From Patescibacteria group bacterium (GTDB taxonomy: Bacteria; Patescibacteriota; UBA1384; XYA2-FULL-43-10; 1-14-0-10-43-13), in assembly GCA_041671645.1 (NCBI GenBank), contig JBAZBD010000001.1, positions 799,234 to 863,233 of the forward strand: a stretch of DNA of 64,000 nt, read 5' to 3'. The notes beneath the pieces are model-generated. The model was not told the DNA's origin. It searched no databases and worked only from the letters and a program-made list of their open reading frames with translations. Both the position numbers and the translations under genes were made by a program. This document shows, one piece after another, positions 1-10,300 of the stretch; position 1 is the first letter of the stretch, and the number at the start of each line of letters is the position of its first letter.

Positions 1-16
1 GCTGTTTTTTTGATAT

Positions 17-41
17 AAAAATCCCCGCCGGAGAGGCGAGG
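17..41 (-). terminator. Rho-independent terminator on the minus strand (CCTCGCC-TCTCC-GGCGGGG followed by AUUUUUAU), downstream of CDS 56..1720
   Basis: GC hairpin with one G·U pair, followed on the minus strand by a T-run. A 27-bp copy identical to it lies at 1789..1815. Confidence 0.55.
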
Positions 42-55
42 AGAGGCAGGTAGTA

Positions 56-1720
56 TCAAACGCGTCTGGCGTTAAAACGCCATTGAATCATCAAGTGAAT
101 TCGCCTATAGAGTTTGATTGGCCGCTTGAGCGCCATTCTTAAATCATAGGGCAATTGTGAAAAAATGAGAATTTGCTTGCCACGATCACCAGCAGCGATA
201 ACAATTCTCTCAGCCCAGGCAGAGCCTAGACTTGGTGCATCGTCATGCCAACGAATTGACCCGGCTACCGAAAGGAGGAAAAAGTTTAGATCTAGCGATT
301 CTTTGCGGATACTTTCGAGCGCTTTCTTGGTCCTTTCAAAATCAAATTGAGTGATCGATCGCAAGATTATCCGCCATTTTTCCCTTGGCCAAGCATGCAA
401 TAGTTTGTGTAATTCTGAATCATTTTCGCAACGCAACAACGCTCCCGAAAAATCGAGTCGAAGTTCTCTTCTGATTCGACTGAGTGACTGAATCGCCTCC
501 TGACGGCCAAAAACTGTTTTTAATAGATTTCTGATCTTGTAGGTAGGCGGATTTTCGTTCAGAAAATCATTTGAAAAGAGCGGGTTCCTGGCCATACTGC
601 TGATCGCCAGGATTTCCATCGAGGAAAATCCCAGTTTGCGGAAATGCTCCTCAAGTATCTCCAGCACAGCTGGAAATATTTCAATATTGTGTTCTATCCA
701 AAGAATCCGCAGGATTTCTTTTCTGCGAGCTTCATCGCTAAACCAATAGCCCCAGCTTGTTGTAGCTTGGCCCCACCTCAGAAGAGCAAGATGGTTGAAA
801 TCTGAACGAGCGAAAGCGCTGACAACTTCATGCCGCCACAAGGGACGACGATGAAAATTCAGGGCGGACTCAAAAACCCATCCCAAAAACCGAGGTGTAA
901 CCTCAAACTCTTTGGCGTACCGAAGAATTTGAGTGATCTCGGCAATTGTCCCATAACGAGAACGAATTGGCTGAAGAGTAATCTCGGCAAATTCTGGTAC
1001 GGATAATCCGATAGACCGTACCAGGTCAATCGCCAATGATATCTCGGCCTCGTTCTCGGCAGAAGTATTTCGATAATAGTAGCCCGACCTAACAATATGC
1101 TTTAGAAAGGAGACAACTGTTTGGCCGCTAAAGCCTTCTGCATAAAATTGGTCGAAGAGAGATTTTGTTTTCTCATATCCCAAAGCCAGGGTTATGTAGC
1201 AGTATTCTCCCCTGCGATCGTTCCACGCCCTCTCAACATCCCAGTATTTTTGCAAAACCGGTGGTTCGGCAATATCGCTCGGCCTTGGCGCCAAAGCGAT
1301 CCCCCTTTCCATTTCATCTTCACGTTTTTGCTCTATAGCAATTATCAGCTTAGACAGAGGGACATGATGCCGAATGCAACTATGTGAGTAACGAAAATCT
1401 ATGGCTCGATGGACTAATTGACTTCGGCCGGTCGCAAGATACTCTGCGATATCGTCTCCATACCAAGTCAACCAAATATGTTCGTTGACGAGCTTGAGAA
1501 ACTCAACAAATATCGATTTACCATATTTGTTCTTGACTGTACTTAAGCTTTTTCTGGCCTCGTTGATGCCAGATTGCGATGGATGATAGTGGGAAACGAC
1601 ATACTCCACTACTTTATCAAAAATGTCATGCCATTCTGGAAGAAGGGCGGCGACGCCTTCAAACAGATTTTGGAATGCTTTTGTCCGAAGACAATCGTCT
1701 TTCCTGGGCATTGTGCTCAC
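56..1720 (-). CDS. Hypothetical cytoplasmic protein, 554 aa, Trp/Arg-rich, no TM segments, no recognisable motif
   Basis: Long uninterrupted ORF in frame with a plausible start. It is flanked on both sides by identical terminator hairpins. I could not assign a family by eye. Confidence 0.5.
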   Translation of the reverse strand: MSTMPRKDDCLRTKAFQNLFEGVAALLPEWHDIFDKVVEYVVSHYHPSQSGINEARKSLSTVKNKYGKSIFVEFLKLVNEHIWLTWYGDDIAEYLATGRSQLVHRAIDFRYSHSCIRHHVPLSKLIIAIEQKREDEMERGIALAPRPSDIAEPPVLQKYWDVERAWNDRRGEYCYITLALGYEKTKSLFDQFYAEGFSGQTVVSFLKHIVRSGYYYRNTSAENEAEISLAIDLVRSIGLSVPEFAEITLQPIRSRYGTIAEITQILRYAKEFEVTPRFLGWVFESALNFHRRPLWRHEVVSAFARSDFNHLALLRWGQATTSWGYWFSDEARRKEILRILWIEHNIEIFPAVLEILEEHFRKLGFSSMEILAISSMARNPLFSNDFLNENPPTYKIRNLLKTVFGRQEAIQSLSRIRRELRLDFSGALLRCENDSELHKLLHAWPREKWRIILRSITQFDFERTKKALESIRKESLDLNFFLLSVAGSIRWHDDAPSLGSAWAERIVIAAGDRGKQILIFSQLPYDLRMALKRPIKLYRRIHLMIQWRFNARRV

Positions 1721-1790
1721 CTCCTTCTAGATTTCAAAGTCATAATGGTGCTTATTACTTCATACCTTGTATCACGCTCAAAGTCAAAAT

Positions 1791-1815
1791 AAAAATCCCC
1801 GCCGGAGAGGCGAGG
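1791..1815 (-). terminator. Rho-independent terminator, identical copy of the one at 17..41, immediately downstream of the lipase-like gene
   Basis: Same 27-bp sequence ATAAAAATCCCCGCCGGAGAGGCGAGG (1789..1815) as 15..41. It sits 8 nt past the stop of CDS 1823..3607. Confidence 0.55.
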
Positions 1816-1822
1816 ATTAGAA

Positions 1823-3607
1823 TTAGCGCTTGTGCAATCCGGAAAATTTAATAGCCGGATATGCGCCACGAGTTCTAGTTTTTGGGGCAGAAAATCCGAC
1901 ACCTGGAATTGTTAGAACAAGATGTCGATCTACCTTGAGATTATTTCCATGATCATCCTGGTAACAGGCGTTTATAATGAAAGTTCGGGCCTGCAGATTT
2001 GGGCTCAAATCAGAGATCATCAAACTTCCGTCACAGGAGGCCAGCAGGGAAATACCTAACTCTTCAGTATCGCCTGGAGCGATAGCGAAATCCATTTCTA
2101 CTGGAGCTGAAGGAAACACCTCATCCGCAGCTATGCTGGGGTCGTACCAGCTGAGGTAGAGCCAATCGCCCGAACCATCATATTGGTCGAAGGTAATGCT
2201 TTTAACCAGGAGTTCGGAATTACCTCTATTGTTCAAAGCAATCGTCCAATTCCACTCGGTATCTGTGGGAGAGGCTTCTATCCTGGAGCTGGGAGTGATG
2301 GTCAATCCAAGCTGGCCGGTAGCGATCGGCCTAGCGTAATTAAGTAACTCCTTAACGCCACCATCGGTGTCTATCAACCCGTCATGGTCATGGATAGTCG
2401 TGATTTTAGTGATAGTTCCAAGAGTCATCTGGCGCAGATCGGTATGATCGGCTAAAGCACTTGCGTTCCCGACTATTAAGTCACTCCATGCTGCACCGGC
2501 TACCAATATGTAATTTACGTTTCCAAGCTGGACATTGGGCAAACCGGAATTTAGTTGAGTGAGAAAACTGCTATTAGCTGCGATCTGAGCGGTTGAGTAA
2601 GTATCGAATGCCGGCAAATATAGACCAGCACGAGCATTTTCCGGTTTATTGAGATAATCGTCCCTAAGATATGACATGATATTCTCAACTCTTCCCAATA
2701 TTGAGCCTTCGTTCGCCCCACAAATCGAGACGAAGGAACGAACATTTTTGGTAGCCTTGCAATATTCCAGAGCATAACGAGAGACCAGCGCTCCCATCGA
2801 ATGAGCCCAAATGTCCATTCGCCGATTTTTGATAGCTAGTACCTTGATACTGTACCCCAGATACCCGCCAGAACTCTCGATGTAGTCGCACCAGCTGTAT
2901 TCGTAGGCATAAATGTTGGAATACCTCTTGCTCGCAATGACTGCCTCGATAAGTCGATCAAAGACGTGCCTGGTGGCATTCCAACCATGAACAAGTATCA
3001 GATCATGGCCATTGGTCATATCGGGATTGGTATAAACCTGGACAAGATCCATTTTCCTTTCTGGCTTGGCCCAGCCCAACTTGCCTATCACGCCTGTGAC
3101 CTTTTTACCAAAGGTCGAGAAGGCTACTCGGTCAATGACGACTTTGGCACCCCATTTGAGGTACTCTGCCGAAGTCGCAGGCAATTTGCTGATCATAGCC
3201 CATTTACCATCTGACAGTTTGGTAAAAAATCCGTAGATGGCAGTGACGGCAGATGTCCTGCCGCCGTAGAGAAGCACTTCCGATGGAAGGTCGATAACTA
3301 TATCATCGTTGACCTCGGCAGAAACTGTAATAGTAACTTCTGGCTCTGACCCCACAGATTTGAAATTAGAAATCGCCGGAGTGCTAGTAGGAGTAGCACA
3401 GTCAATACGCACAGACGTATCTGACAAGAAAGTACCAGCGGGAACAGTGACAGTAATGCCACCGATTGATTTAGAACTGTCGATTTCGGAGTCGGCAGTG
3501 ACCTGAATTTGGCCGGAAGTGCCCGGCTTTGTCAGGTTAGTGCTATTGTTGGTGCCGCAACCGGCGACCAGAGTGACAAGTAACAATACGAAAAAGCAAC
3601 GTAACAA
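1823..3607 (-). CDS. Secreted lipoprotein with a lipase/esterase α/β-hydrolase domain (class-2 lipase-like: oxyanion LILVHGW, nucleophile elbow AHSMG) plus flanking β-sandwich domains
   Basis: N-terminal lipoprotein signal with lipobox LVAG|C. Motifs HGW...AHSMGA match the Ala-x-Ser-x-Gly variant known from Bacillus LipA-type lipases. 594 aa. Confidence 0.6.
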   Translation of the reverse strand: MLRCFFVLLLVTLVAGCGTNNSTNLTKPGTSGQIQVTADSEIDSSKSIGGITVTVPAGTFLSDTSVRIDCATPTSTPAISNFKSVGSEPEVTITVSAEVNDDIVIDLPSEVLLYGGRTSAVTAIYGFFTKLSDGKWAMISKLPATSAEYLKWGAKVVIDRVAFSTFGKKVTGVIGKLGWAKPERKMDLVQVYTNPDMTNGHDLILVHGWNATRHVFDRLIEAVIASKRYSNIYAYEYSWCDYIESSGGYLGYSIKVLAIKNRRMDIWAHSMGALVSRYALEYCKATKNVRSFVSICGANEGSILGRVENIMSYLRDDYLNKPENARAGLYLPAFDTYSTAQIAANSSFLTQLNSGLPNVQLGNVNYILVAGAAWSDLIVGNASALADHTDLRQMTLGTITKITTIHDHDGLIDTDGGVKELLNYARPIATGQLGLTITPSSRIEASPTDTEWNWTIALNNRGNSELLVKSITFDQYDGSGDWLYLSWYDPSIAADEVFPSAPVEMDFAIAPGDTEELGISLLASCDGSLMISDLSPNLQARTFIINACYQDDHGNNLKVDRHLVLTIPGVGFSAPKTRTRGAYPAIKFSGLHKR

Positions 3608-3687
3608 TTAGTACACCTCCAAAAAGAGATTTTCGTTGTCAAAGGACAACAATTAGTCTTATCTTAGAACAATAACTGGCTGATAGC

Positions 3688-3713
3688 AAACACCTCACAT
3701 ATGTGAGGTGTTT
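3688..3713. terminator. Perfect palindromic hairpin AAACACCTCACAT/ATGTGAGGTGTTT, at the 3' end of the VIT-like gene
   Basis: 26-nt perfect inverted repeat. It belongs to a three-member family with the hairpins at 33159..33184 and 62388..62413. Confidence 0.5.
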
Positions 3714-3720
3714 GGTTGCT

Positions 3721-4188
3721 TTAGAACGATGTTTTGATGAATTGACCGATAACGAATCCAATCACGATCACCACCATACCGATCAGGAGATGCTCAGAAA
3801 TCGTTTCCCATTTTTTATCTTTTGGCGCAATGATGTAGTTCAATAGACCAAGCAGTAATGTGCCCCAAGCAATACAGATGATGAGGGCAACCGTGGAGGA
3901 GAAAAAGGCCAGAGGGATTAGGAATGAGAGAGCGATCACTAACTTTGAGAAATAAGTGCTTAGGGTGGCTGTCCAAATTTCCTTCTTGGTGTGAGTTTCC
4001 TCAGATTCTTCAGAAATATGAATCCCCAAAGCGTCCGAAAAAGCATCGGCGAATGCAATAGTCAAAACGCCGCCGATTACGACCGCCCTAGTGGCATCGC
4101 TTGCAGTCAAGCCCACTATCAATCCGAGCGTTGTAATAATGCCAGAAGTAGCACCGAAGCTGAAACCGATTTTTGATGAGTGATCCAT
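3721..4188 (-). CDS. VIT1/CCC1-family (DUF125-like) membrane protein, putative metal ion transporter
   Basis: 155 aa with 4–5 TM helices. Motif GATSGIITTLGLIVG resembles the G-x-x-DG-hydrophobic-S/T signature of the VIT family. Confidence 0.4.
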   Translation of the reverse strand: MDHSSKIGFSFGATSGIITTLGLIVGLTASDATRAVVIGGVLTIAFADAFSDALGIHISEESEETHTKKEIWTATLSTYFSKLVIALSFLIPLAFFSSTVALIICIAWGTLLLGLLNYIIAPKDKKWETISEHLLIGMVVIVIGFVIGQFIKTSF

Positions 4189-4239
4189 GTGCCTCCCAAT
4201 AATTATGAGCTAACGTTTCCTATGATGTAATTGACTACG

Positions 4240-4262
4240 ACAATCGCCCCGTAAAAAGGGGC
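4240..4262. terminator. Hairpin TCGCCCC-GTAAAAA-GGGGCGA, probable terminator for the minus-strand tRNA-Pro
   Basis: Perfect 7-bp GC stem about 45 nt past the tRNA 3' end on the minus strand. Confidence 0.35.
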
Positions 4263-4304
4263 GACAATTTGAGTATCCAAAATATAAAGTGCGAATAATT
4301 GTGA

Positions 4305-4381
4305 TGGTCGGGGATGCGAGACTCGAACTCACGACCTCTCGGTCCCAAACCGAGCGCTCTACCAACTGAGCCAATCCCCGA
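4305..4381 (-). tRNA. tRNA-Pro (anticodon TGG)
   Basis: Reverse complement TCGGGGATTGGCTCAGTTGGTAGAGCGCTCGGTTTGGGACCGAGAGGTCGTGAGTTCGAGTCTCGCATCCCCGACCA. Cloverleaf folds. Anticodon loop TTTGGGA, 3' CCA encoded. Confidence 0.85.
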
Positions 4382-4446
4382 ACTAAATTATCTTACATTA
4401 AATCAAGAATTTTTTCAATCTTTTCGCGATATTTCTTTGGTATGAA

Positions 4447-6402
4447 CTATTCATACCTCAAAGCTTCCATCGGCGAAAGCTTGCTCGCTCGTCTAGCCGG
4501 ATACACACCAGCCAATAATGAGACTAATGTTGTGACCACAATCATTTCTAAGGCAAAGAGCATTGGGGTAGCGAATATATTGAGACTGCCATCAATTGAG
4601 CTAACCTGCATTAAATAATTGATCAGAGCATTGATCGATTCCCCAAAAATCCAAGCGCCAACAACGCCAGCGATAGAACCAGTCAGACCGAAAAGTAAAA
4701 CTTCATACTCAAAAATCTTTTTGATGTCTCGGTTCGTGGCACCGATCGCCTTCATCGTACCGACCTCGTGTGTCCTCTCAAGCAACGAAATGGTCATGAT
4801 ATTGATAATTCCAATCAAGGCAACCATCAGAGCCACACCGCCGATAATACCTAAGATTATTTCTGTGATAAAAAAGATCTTGTCGACTTTCTTGATTAGA
4901 TCAACGACAGAGGTGGTCTGATAGCCAAGGTCGTCGATAGCATCCCTGGCGGCCTCCACATGCTTCCGATCGCTCACTTTCGCCTTGAGAGAGCTATATA
5001 TCGTGGTCTCATTGATCTTGGCCAATTCGTCGATAGGTAGGAATATCGCCGCGACAAGTTCATCATTGGAAACCCCGACGATTTTCTTTTTTGAGGTAGT
5101 TTCGTGAATGCTGGTCAAATCATTTGTATCCTTCGGCACGACCAAAAACGTAAGGTCCACCGTCTTGTTCAAAGCTGATGTCGGCTCCTTGATATCAAAA
5201 TTTTTGAGTGCTGCTTTGGATATCACTATCTCGTCATTTTCATCAAAACCTTCGCCTGCCACGGCGTACACTCCTTCAAAGGAGAGGGCTGACGCCTCGA
5301 GACCATAGGCGATGACCTGCTGAGCGCTGCTATCAATGGCGATTCTGGCAGTCGAAGTGATCGAAGGACTGACTAGGGTCACGTTTTGCACGTTTTTGAG
5401 CTCGAGGAGGGCGGTCTGATCCAGATGTTTAGTCGAATTTTTGTCGACATTTACATTTATCGTAACGAGAGAATCAAGAGAGGCAAGCTGATTTGAGGTA
5501 ATATTTTGCAAACCCATCCCCAAAGAAACGAGGGTGACGATAGACCCAACCCCCAAAGCTACGCCCAAGGCCGTCAGAAGTGTCCGCATCTTTTTGCTTA
5601 TGAAATGAAGTCGGGAAATCCGCAATATTTCCAGAAAACGAAGAGAGCCCCTCTTCTTTGGCACAAAATATTTCAAGCCATCATCTTCTAGATTATCGGG
5701 TGCAAGCACGCTTCGGGTCGCTTCGCTTTTGACAATCTTGCCATCCTTCATATGCAAAATTTTGTCACCGTAGTGAAGAAAATCCGGATTGTGAGTAACT
5801 AAAACGACCGTCCTGCCCCACTTCGTGCTGATGGTTTTGATCATTCTCATGATTTCAAGCCCCGTCGGCTCGTCCAAATTGCCGGTTGGCTCGTCCACTA
5901 GCAAAATCCAAGGATTGGCGACCAGTGCTCTAGCGATGGCGATCCTTTGTTGCTGTCCCCCAGAGAGTTCCACGGGCTTGTGATTCGCGCGGTCGCTCAA
6001 TTCCACCACAGAGAGCAATTCGCTCGCCCGTACATAAGCTTTTTTGCGGTCAACTCCAGAGAGAATCAGAGGCATTGCGATATTATCAATGGCAGAAAGA
6101 GTAGGAATTAAATTAAATTGCTGGAAAACCATCCCGATTTTGGTCCGACGATATTCCGCGAGTTCTGCCTCGGAAAGTGTGTAGATGTTTTGGTCATGCA
6201 CCCAAACTTGGCCGGCGGTCGGCTTGTCCAGTCCTCCCATCAAGCTAAGCAGGGTCGTCTTGCCGCAACCAGACGGACCGTAAATGACAACAAACTCTCC
6301 CGGCATGATATCAGTCTCAACACCCTTCAAGGCTTCAATATATTGATCTCCTACAAAAAAAGTCTTCTCGAGACCGGAAATTTTGATCACTGGTTTAGTC
6401 AT
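4447..6402 (-). CDS. MacB/FtsX-type ABC transporter, fused N-terminal ATPase and C-terminal permease with a large extracytoplasmic loop
   Basis: Walker A GPSGCGKTT, ABC signature LSGGQQQRIAIARAL, Walker B LLVDEPT. Then one TM helix, a roughly 230-aa extracytoplasmic domain and three C-terminal TM helices (FtsX-like). Start taken at MTKPVIK, which has a GGAAGAGA RBS; the ORF track begins 28 codons earlier. Confidence 0.8.
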   Translation of the reverse strand: MTKPVIKISGLEKTFFVGDQYIEALKGVETDIMPGEFVVIYGPSGCGKTTLLSLMGGLDKPTAGQVWVHDQNIYTLSEAELAEYRRTKIGMVFQQFNLIPTLSAIDNIAMPLILSGVDRKKAYVRASELLSVVELSDRANHKPVELSGGQQQRIAIARALVANPWILLVDEPTGNLDEPTGLEIMRMIKTISTKWGRTVVLVTHNPDFLHYGDKILHMKDGKIVKSEATRSVLAPDNLEDDGLKYFVPKKRGSLRFLEILRISRLHFISKKMRTLLTALGVALGVGSIVTLVSLGMGLQNITSNQLASLDSLVTINVNVDKNSTKHLDQTALLELKNVQNVTLVSPSITSTARIAIDSSAQQVIAYGLEASALSFEGVYAVAGEGFDENDEIVISKAALKNFDIKEPTSALNKTVDLTFLVVPKDTNDLTSIHETTSKKKIVGVSNDELVAAIFLPIDELAKINETTIYSSLKAKVSDRKHVEAARDAIDDLGYQTTSVVDLIKKVDKIFFITEIILGIIGGVALMVALIGIINIMTISLLERTHEVGTMKAIGATNRDIKKIFEYEVLLFGLTGSIAGVVGAWIFGESINALINYLMQVSSIDGSLNIFATPMLFALEMIVVTTLVSLLAGVYPARRASKLSPMEALRYE

Positions 6403-6664
6403 CGTTTCTCTTCCTGGCCAAAATTTGTTTGAGTTGATCCTCGATGAGCAATAAATCATGCATTGACTCGAACACTGAGAAAGCAAGAGCGAAAACGGCG
6501 ATGGCCGATATCAGCAAACCAGCTATGACCAATATTTTCTTGAGCAGCGAGGCGTCAGGGAAATTAACCAACAGCGATATGACGAATATCAATATCAAGG
6601 CGGCGATAATAATGCCTATAATCAAGACGAGGTAAGAGCCAAATTTTATTAGAAATCTTTTCAT
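6395..6664 (-). CDS. Small membrane protein (89 aa, 2 TM), translationally coupled to the ABC transporter
   Basis: Two strong hydrophobic helices. Its stop overlaps the ATG of the ABC gene (ATGACTAA). Confidence 0.45.
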   Translation of the reverse strand: MKRFLIKFGSYLVLIIGIIIAALILIFVISLLVNFPDASLLKKILVIAGLLISAIAVFALAFSVFESMHDLLLIEDQLKQILARKRNDD

Positions 6665-6666
6665 AA

Positions 6667-7386
6667 TTAGCTATTAAACCATTTCGCAAAGCCCTCAAAG
6701 GCACGCGACAACGCATCGATAATCACTTGGAAAATCGAAAGATCTTTGGCTGGATTTTTGGTCACAAACATCTGATCATCTGACTCGGCAGAATCAGTCG
6801 CGCCCTTGTTCACCGCCTTGATCTTCAGATGATATGTAGTAGCTGGTTTGAGTTTGTCCAGAATAATGGTATGACTCTGGTTTAGGCTCTCCTCTACCGC
6901 GGTCTCTGAGCCATATGATAGAGTTTCGCCATAAAACACCTGGCCGGTCGAGAGTATTTCTGTCTTGAAGGTCACAATCGCTTGAGATTCCGTCTTGCTA
7001 GTCGCGCCAGCTTCGATTTTGATTGCGGTGACTAAAGGCCTCCCAATCACGTCAATCGCCGAGGCGGAAGTAAACGAAATATTTGTGTTTGACACACGAT
7101 AAATATACGCGGCCAATGCAGTCACGTTTGAATCCATGTAGAAATTCAAATCGGTTTGGCCAAGCGTTGAATATGTTTTGCCTCCGTCCCCGCTCCTCTC
7201 GACGGTGACTGTGCCCTTGCCTTTCGGCCACGACAGAGCAAAGCCCGCCGTGTCCTTGGTCGAAATATTCGAAACTGTCAATCTGTCTTCAGCCGAAACT
7301 AATCCGATCTGGAAGAGGCTTATCAGTGCAGCAAGACCCAGGGCGACTAACCATTTTTTCTTGTTTAGAAACATATCTTTTTCCAT
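6667..7386 (-). CDS. Secreted protein with a C-terminal fibronectin-III-like β-sandwich domain
   Basis: Signal peptide (KKKWLVALGLAALISLFQIGLVSA). C-terminal region has an FN3-like pattern (...TTYHLKIKAVNKG...). Sits 3 nt downstream of the giant gene. Confidence 0.5.
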   Translation of the reverse strand: MEKDMFLNKKKWLVALGLAALISLFQIGLVSAEDRLTVSNISTKDTAGFALSWPKGKGTVTVERSGDGGKTYSTLGQTDLNFYMDSNVTALAAYIYRVSNTNISFTSASAIDVIGRPLVTAIKIEAGATSKTESQAIVTFKTEILSTGQVFYGETLSYGSETAVEESLNQSHTIILDKLKPATTYHLKIKAVNKGATDSAESDDQMFVTKNPAKDLSIFQVIIDALSRAFEGFAKWFNS

Positions 7387-7389
7387 TTG

Positions 7390-10300
7390 TTATTTATCGC
7401 GATCGATCTCTATCTTCCTTGAAACAGTTTGGAGCTTCTCCTGGGCATCCATATGCGTAGCGTCAGAAGGTTTGTATCCAGCTTTGGCAACCAGGAGTTT
7501 GTATTTGCCCTTTGGCAGGACGGTTGAGAATTTGCCCTTTTCGTTTGTGACTGCTGTTCGAATTAATCTTTTGCCTTCGCCGTCCATGATTCTGACTAAT
7601 GCCAATGAAACTCCCGAGTGATTGACGCTATCTAGGACATTGCCCCAAGGTGAGACTTTGACGAAAGACTTGATGTTGACGTACCAAAGCAGTGGGAAGA
7701 GCAGAGCTGAGACCAGGGTGACCGTGTCACGGTGACTGTGAGCCAAGCTATTCAGGATAGAGACGGTGCCAAAAATCAGGAAGCCGAGGGAAACGTAGAC
7801 CAATACTTTTTCGACAACCCCGATTTTCTCGATAAATGAAAATCTCTTGGCGATGCTCTTGTCGTTCATCGAAAGCAAAATATTTGGTACGATCAGTCCT
7901 TCTTGCTCGCTCTTAACCTCGATGATCTGACCCTTTTTGTAGAAACCTGGGGCTTCAGAAACTTCATATAGATCTTTGGTCACCTCAATCTCATATTTGC
8001 CTGGATCAGCGACAAAGCTGAAGTTGCCTTCGATATCAGAATATGTATTGGCTACCGGCCTCTTTGAGAACGAGCCAGGGAAAGTTTGAGTTAATTTGAA
8101 GAGCGTCAGTTTGGCTTGAGCGATTGGGATATAAGTGCCAACCTCAAGTACTCGGCCCCACTTGCGACGGCTTTTCTTGGTGCCGAGAGAGGCAAGGGCG
8201 AAGATCAAAGAGCGAATGTATTCAGGAAGTGAGAATAGAGTGGCGGCATTGGCCAGTGGAGCGGCGGCGGCAGAGATAATCGCTATGCCAGCGACAGCAG
8301 CGGTGCTGGCTGGAGTAGTTGTCGATGTTGGTATGCCAAAGACTACGGGTTGGCCTGAATTGTTGACGCCCACGATTTGCATCTGACCAATAATATCGCG
8401 AACTTTCATGGCTGTGCCAGAGAGATTGGAGATAACAGTATCTAGGACCGATTGCTCCTTGAAAATATCCTTGGTGGCGAAAGTAAAGTCTGTCGATTCG
8501 GCAGTTTGGCCATATTTATCTTTGGAAATGACAGCGAAATGGTAAGTTTTGTTGAAGTCCAAATCGGACAAAACAACTGTATGGAAAGAGTTGAGCCCAG
8601 TATCAACCTCGGTCGTGTAAGGGTATGGAGCAGAAGCGCCATATTTGACTTGAGTGGTGGCTGGAACGGTAGTTTTCCAAGTGATGGTGGCTTGAGCCTT
8701 CTCTGACATCAACTCGCTAGGAGTTGCCTTCACGTCTGATATCTCCAAAGTGCCCTCGCCTGGCTCATCTGGCGGCAGGATAACACAGCCAGAACAATCT
8801 ACAACCGTAGTTGTCTGGAACTCAGCTGCCATACTAGCTGTCTGGTTCTTGGCTAGATCAAAAGAGAATACGGAGTAGTTGAATTGGGTATTTGGCGTGA
8901 CTGTGTCGACATAAGAAGCGTAGCCAGAAGCGTCGACCTGGACGCCAGAGGTTGATTCAGAAATTATATTGTTGCCGTTTTTGACGATAGTGTAGCCGAG
9001 CAACCCAGAGCCAGTGTCAGTACTGGCCTTCCAGCGAAGCATCACTCGGTAGTCAGAGTTGACCCGATCAGAGATGTCGAAAGCTTCTACCTTTTCTAAT
9101 GATGATGGGAGGACCGTATCTAAGATGAAGGTAAGTTCCTCTGACCAAGCGAACTGATTGCCTAGATTATCGTTTGCGGCCACTCTGACGTAGTAAGTGC
9201 CGTCGGCCAGAGCACTGGCACCATCCAAGGTCAGAGAATTTGAAGGAGAAGTCAGCGTAGAGAGAGACAGAGCGTCATTTGCGTTGGCGCAGCCAGAAGT
9301 CTTGCAGATCTTGATACTGTAATTTAAAATTCCTGAATTTGTATCTGTTGCGGCTGGCCAAGTCAAAGTGACGGCTGGCTGATTGTAATATTCAATGTTG
9401 TCGATAGTGTTGGTCTTACCAGATACCGTTGGCTTGCCAGGAGCTGTTGGCTTGTCGCTGTCTGGCTTGCCAGAAGCTTGATTGGAGGCGGCTGAATAGT
9501 TGTCGACGCTATCGATAGCTTCAACTTTGTAATAGTATGTGACACCGCTTGTGACGTTGCTATCAATGTAAGTGGCAGTCGAAGATAGAGTCGTATAAGC
9601 GATCTTGTTCGTACCGATATTTGGTGTGAAATCGGCCTCGGTGGAACGGAAGATAGCGACATTGGCGAAGTCTGTGTCGGTCGGATTGACCCAAGAGAGC
9701 GAAACAGAAGCGCTAGCAGAGAGAGCGGTCAGATTCGTCGGTGCGGATGGCGCTGTGATATCTAGGATAATTGATGCCGAAGCAGTCGGCGACTCATCAC
9801 CATCGATATCTTTGACTTTCAGGTAAACCGTCTTCATCCCGTCAACAGTAGGAGCGGCCAAAGTCCATGACTTGCTGGTTGAGAATGTTTCATACTCGCT
9901 GCCAGAGAAATCAGGAGAATTTGAGACCTTCATTTGTGTGCCAGTGCTAGAAGAAAGCGTAAGTGTTTGATCTATTTGATTTGTCCTAGCCGAAGAGAAT
10001 GAGATCGTGCCAGTCGGCGGGAACCATTTGTTGGTATTGCCGAGATTGATCGAATTTGAAGGATCGATGACCGCACTGCTTAGATTCTTGGAGTTTTCGA
10101 CAGAAAGATAGGAAGTAGAGGTCGAGCCCTTTGGATCAATCTTCCATTGATCTGTACCTGTGCCGCCAGATCTACTGAGCGTGATATTTCCAGCAGAAGT
10201 TCCGTTCAAGCTTAATGCACCGTTGACCGTCTGAGTCGTATCAGAAGCGAAACTAATTGTTCGAGCCGCAGACGCTGTGGCAGATAGATTATTGAAAGTG

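Noticed and set aside
15-1815. The 27-bp direct repeats as attL/attR of an integrated element
   Set aside because: On the minus strand each copy folds as a hairpin plus U-tract exactly at a gene end. Reused terminators are the simpler explanation, although a cassette-like duplication is kept as a finding.
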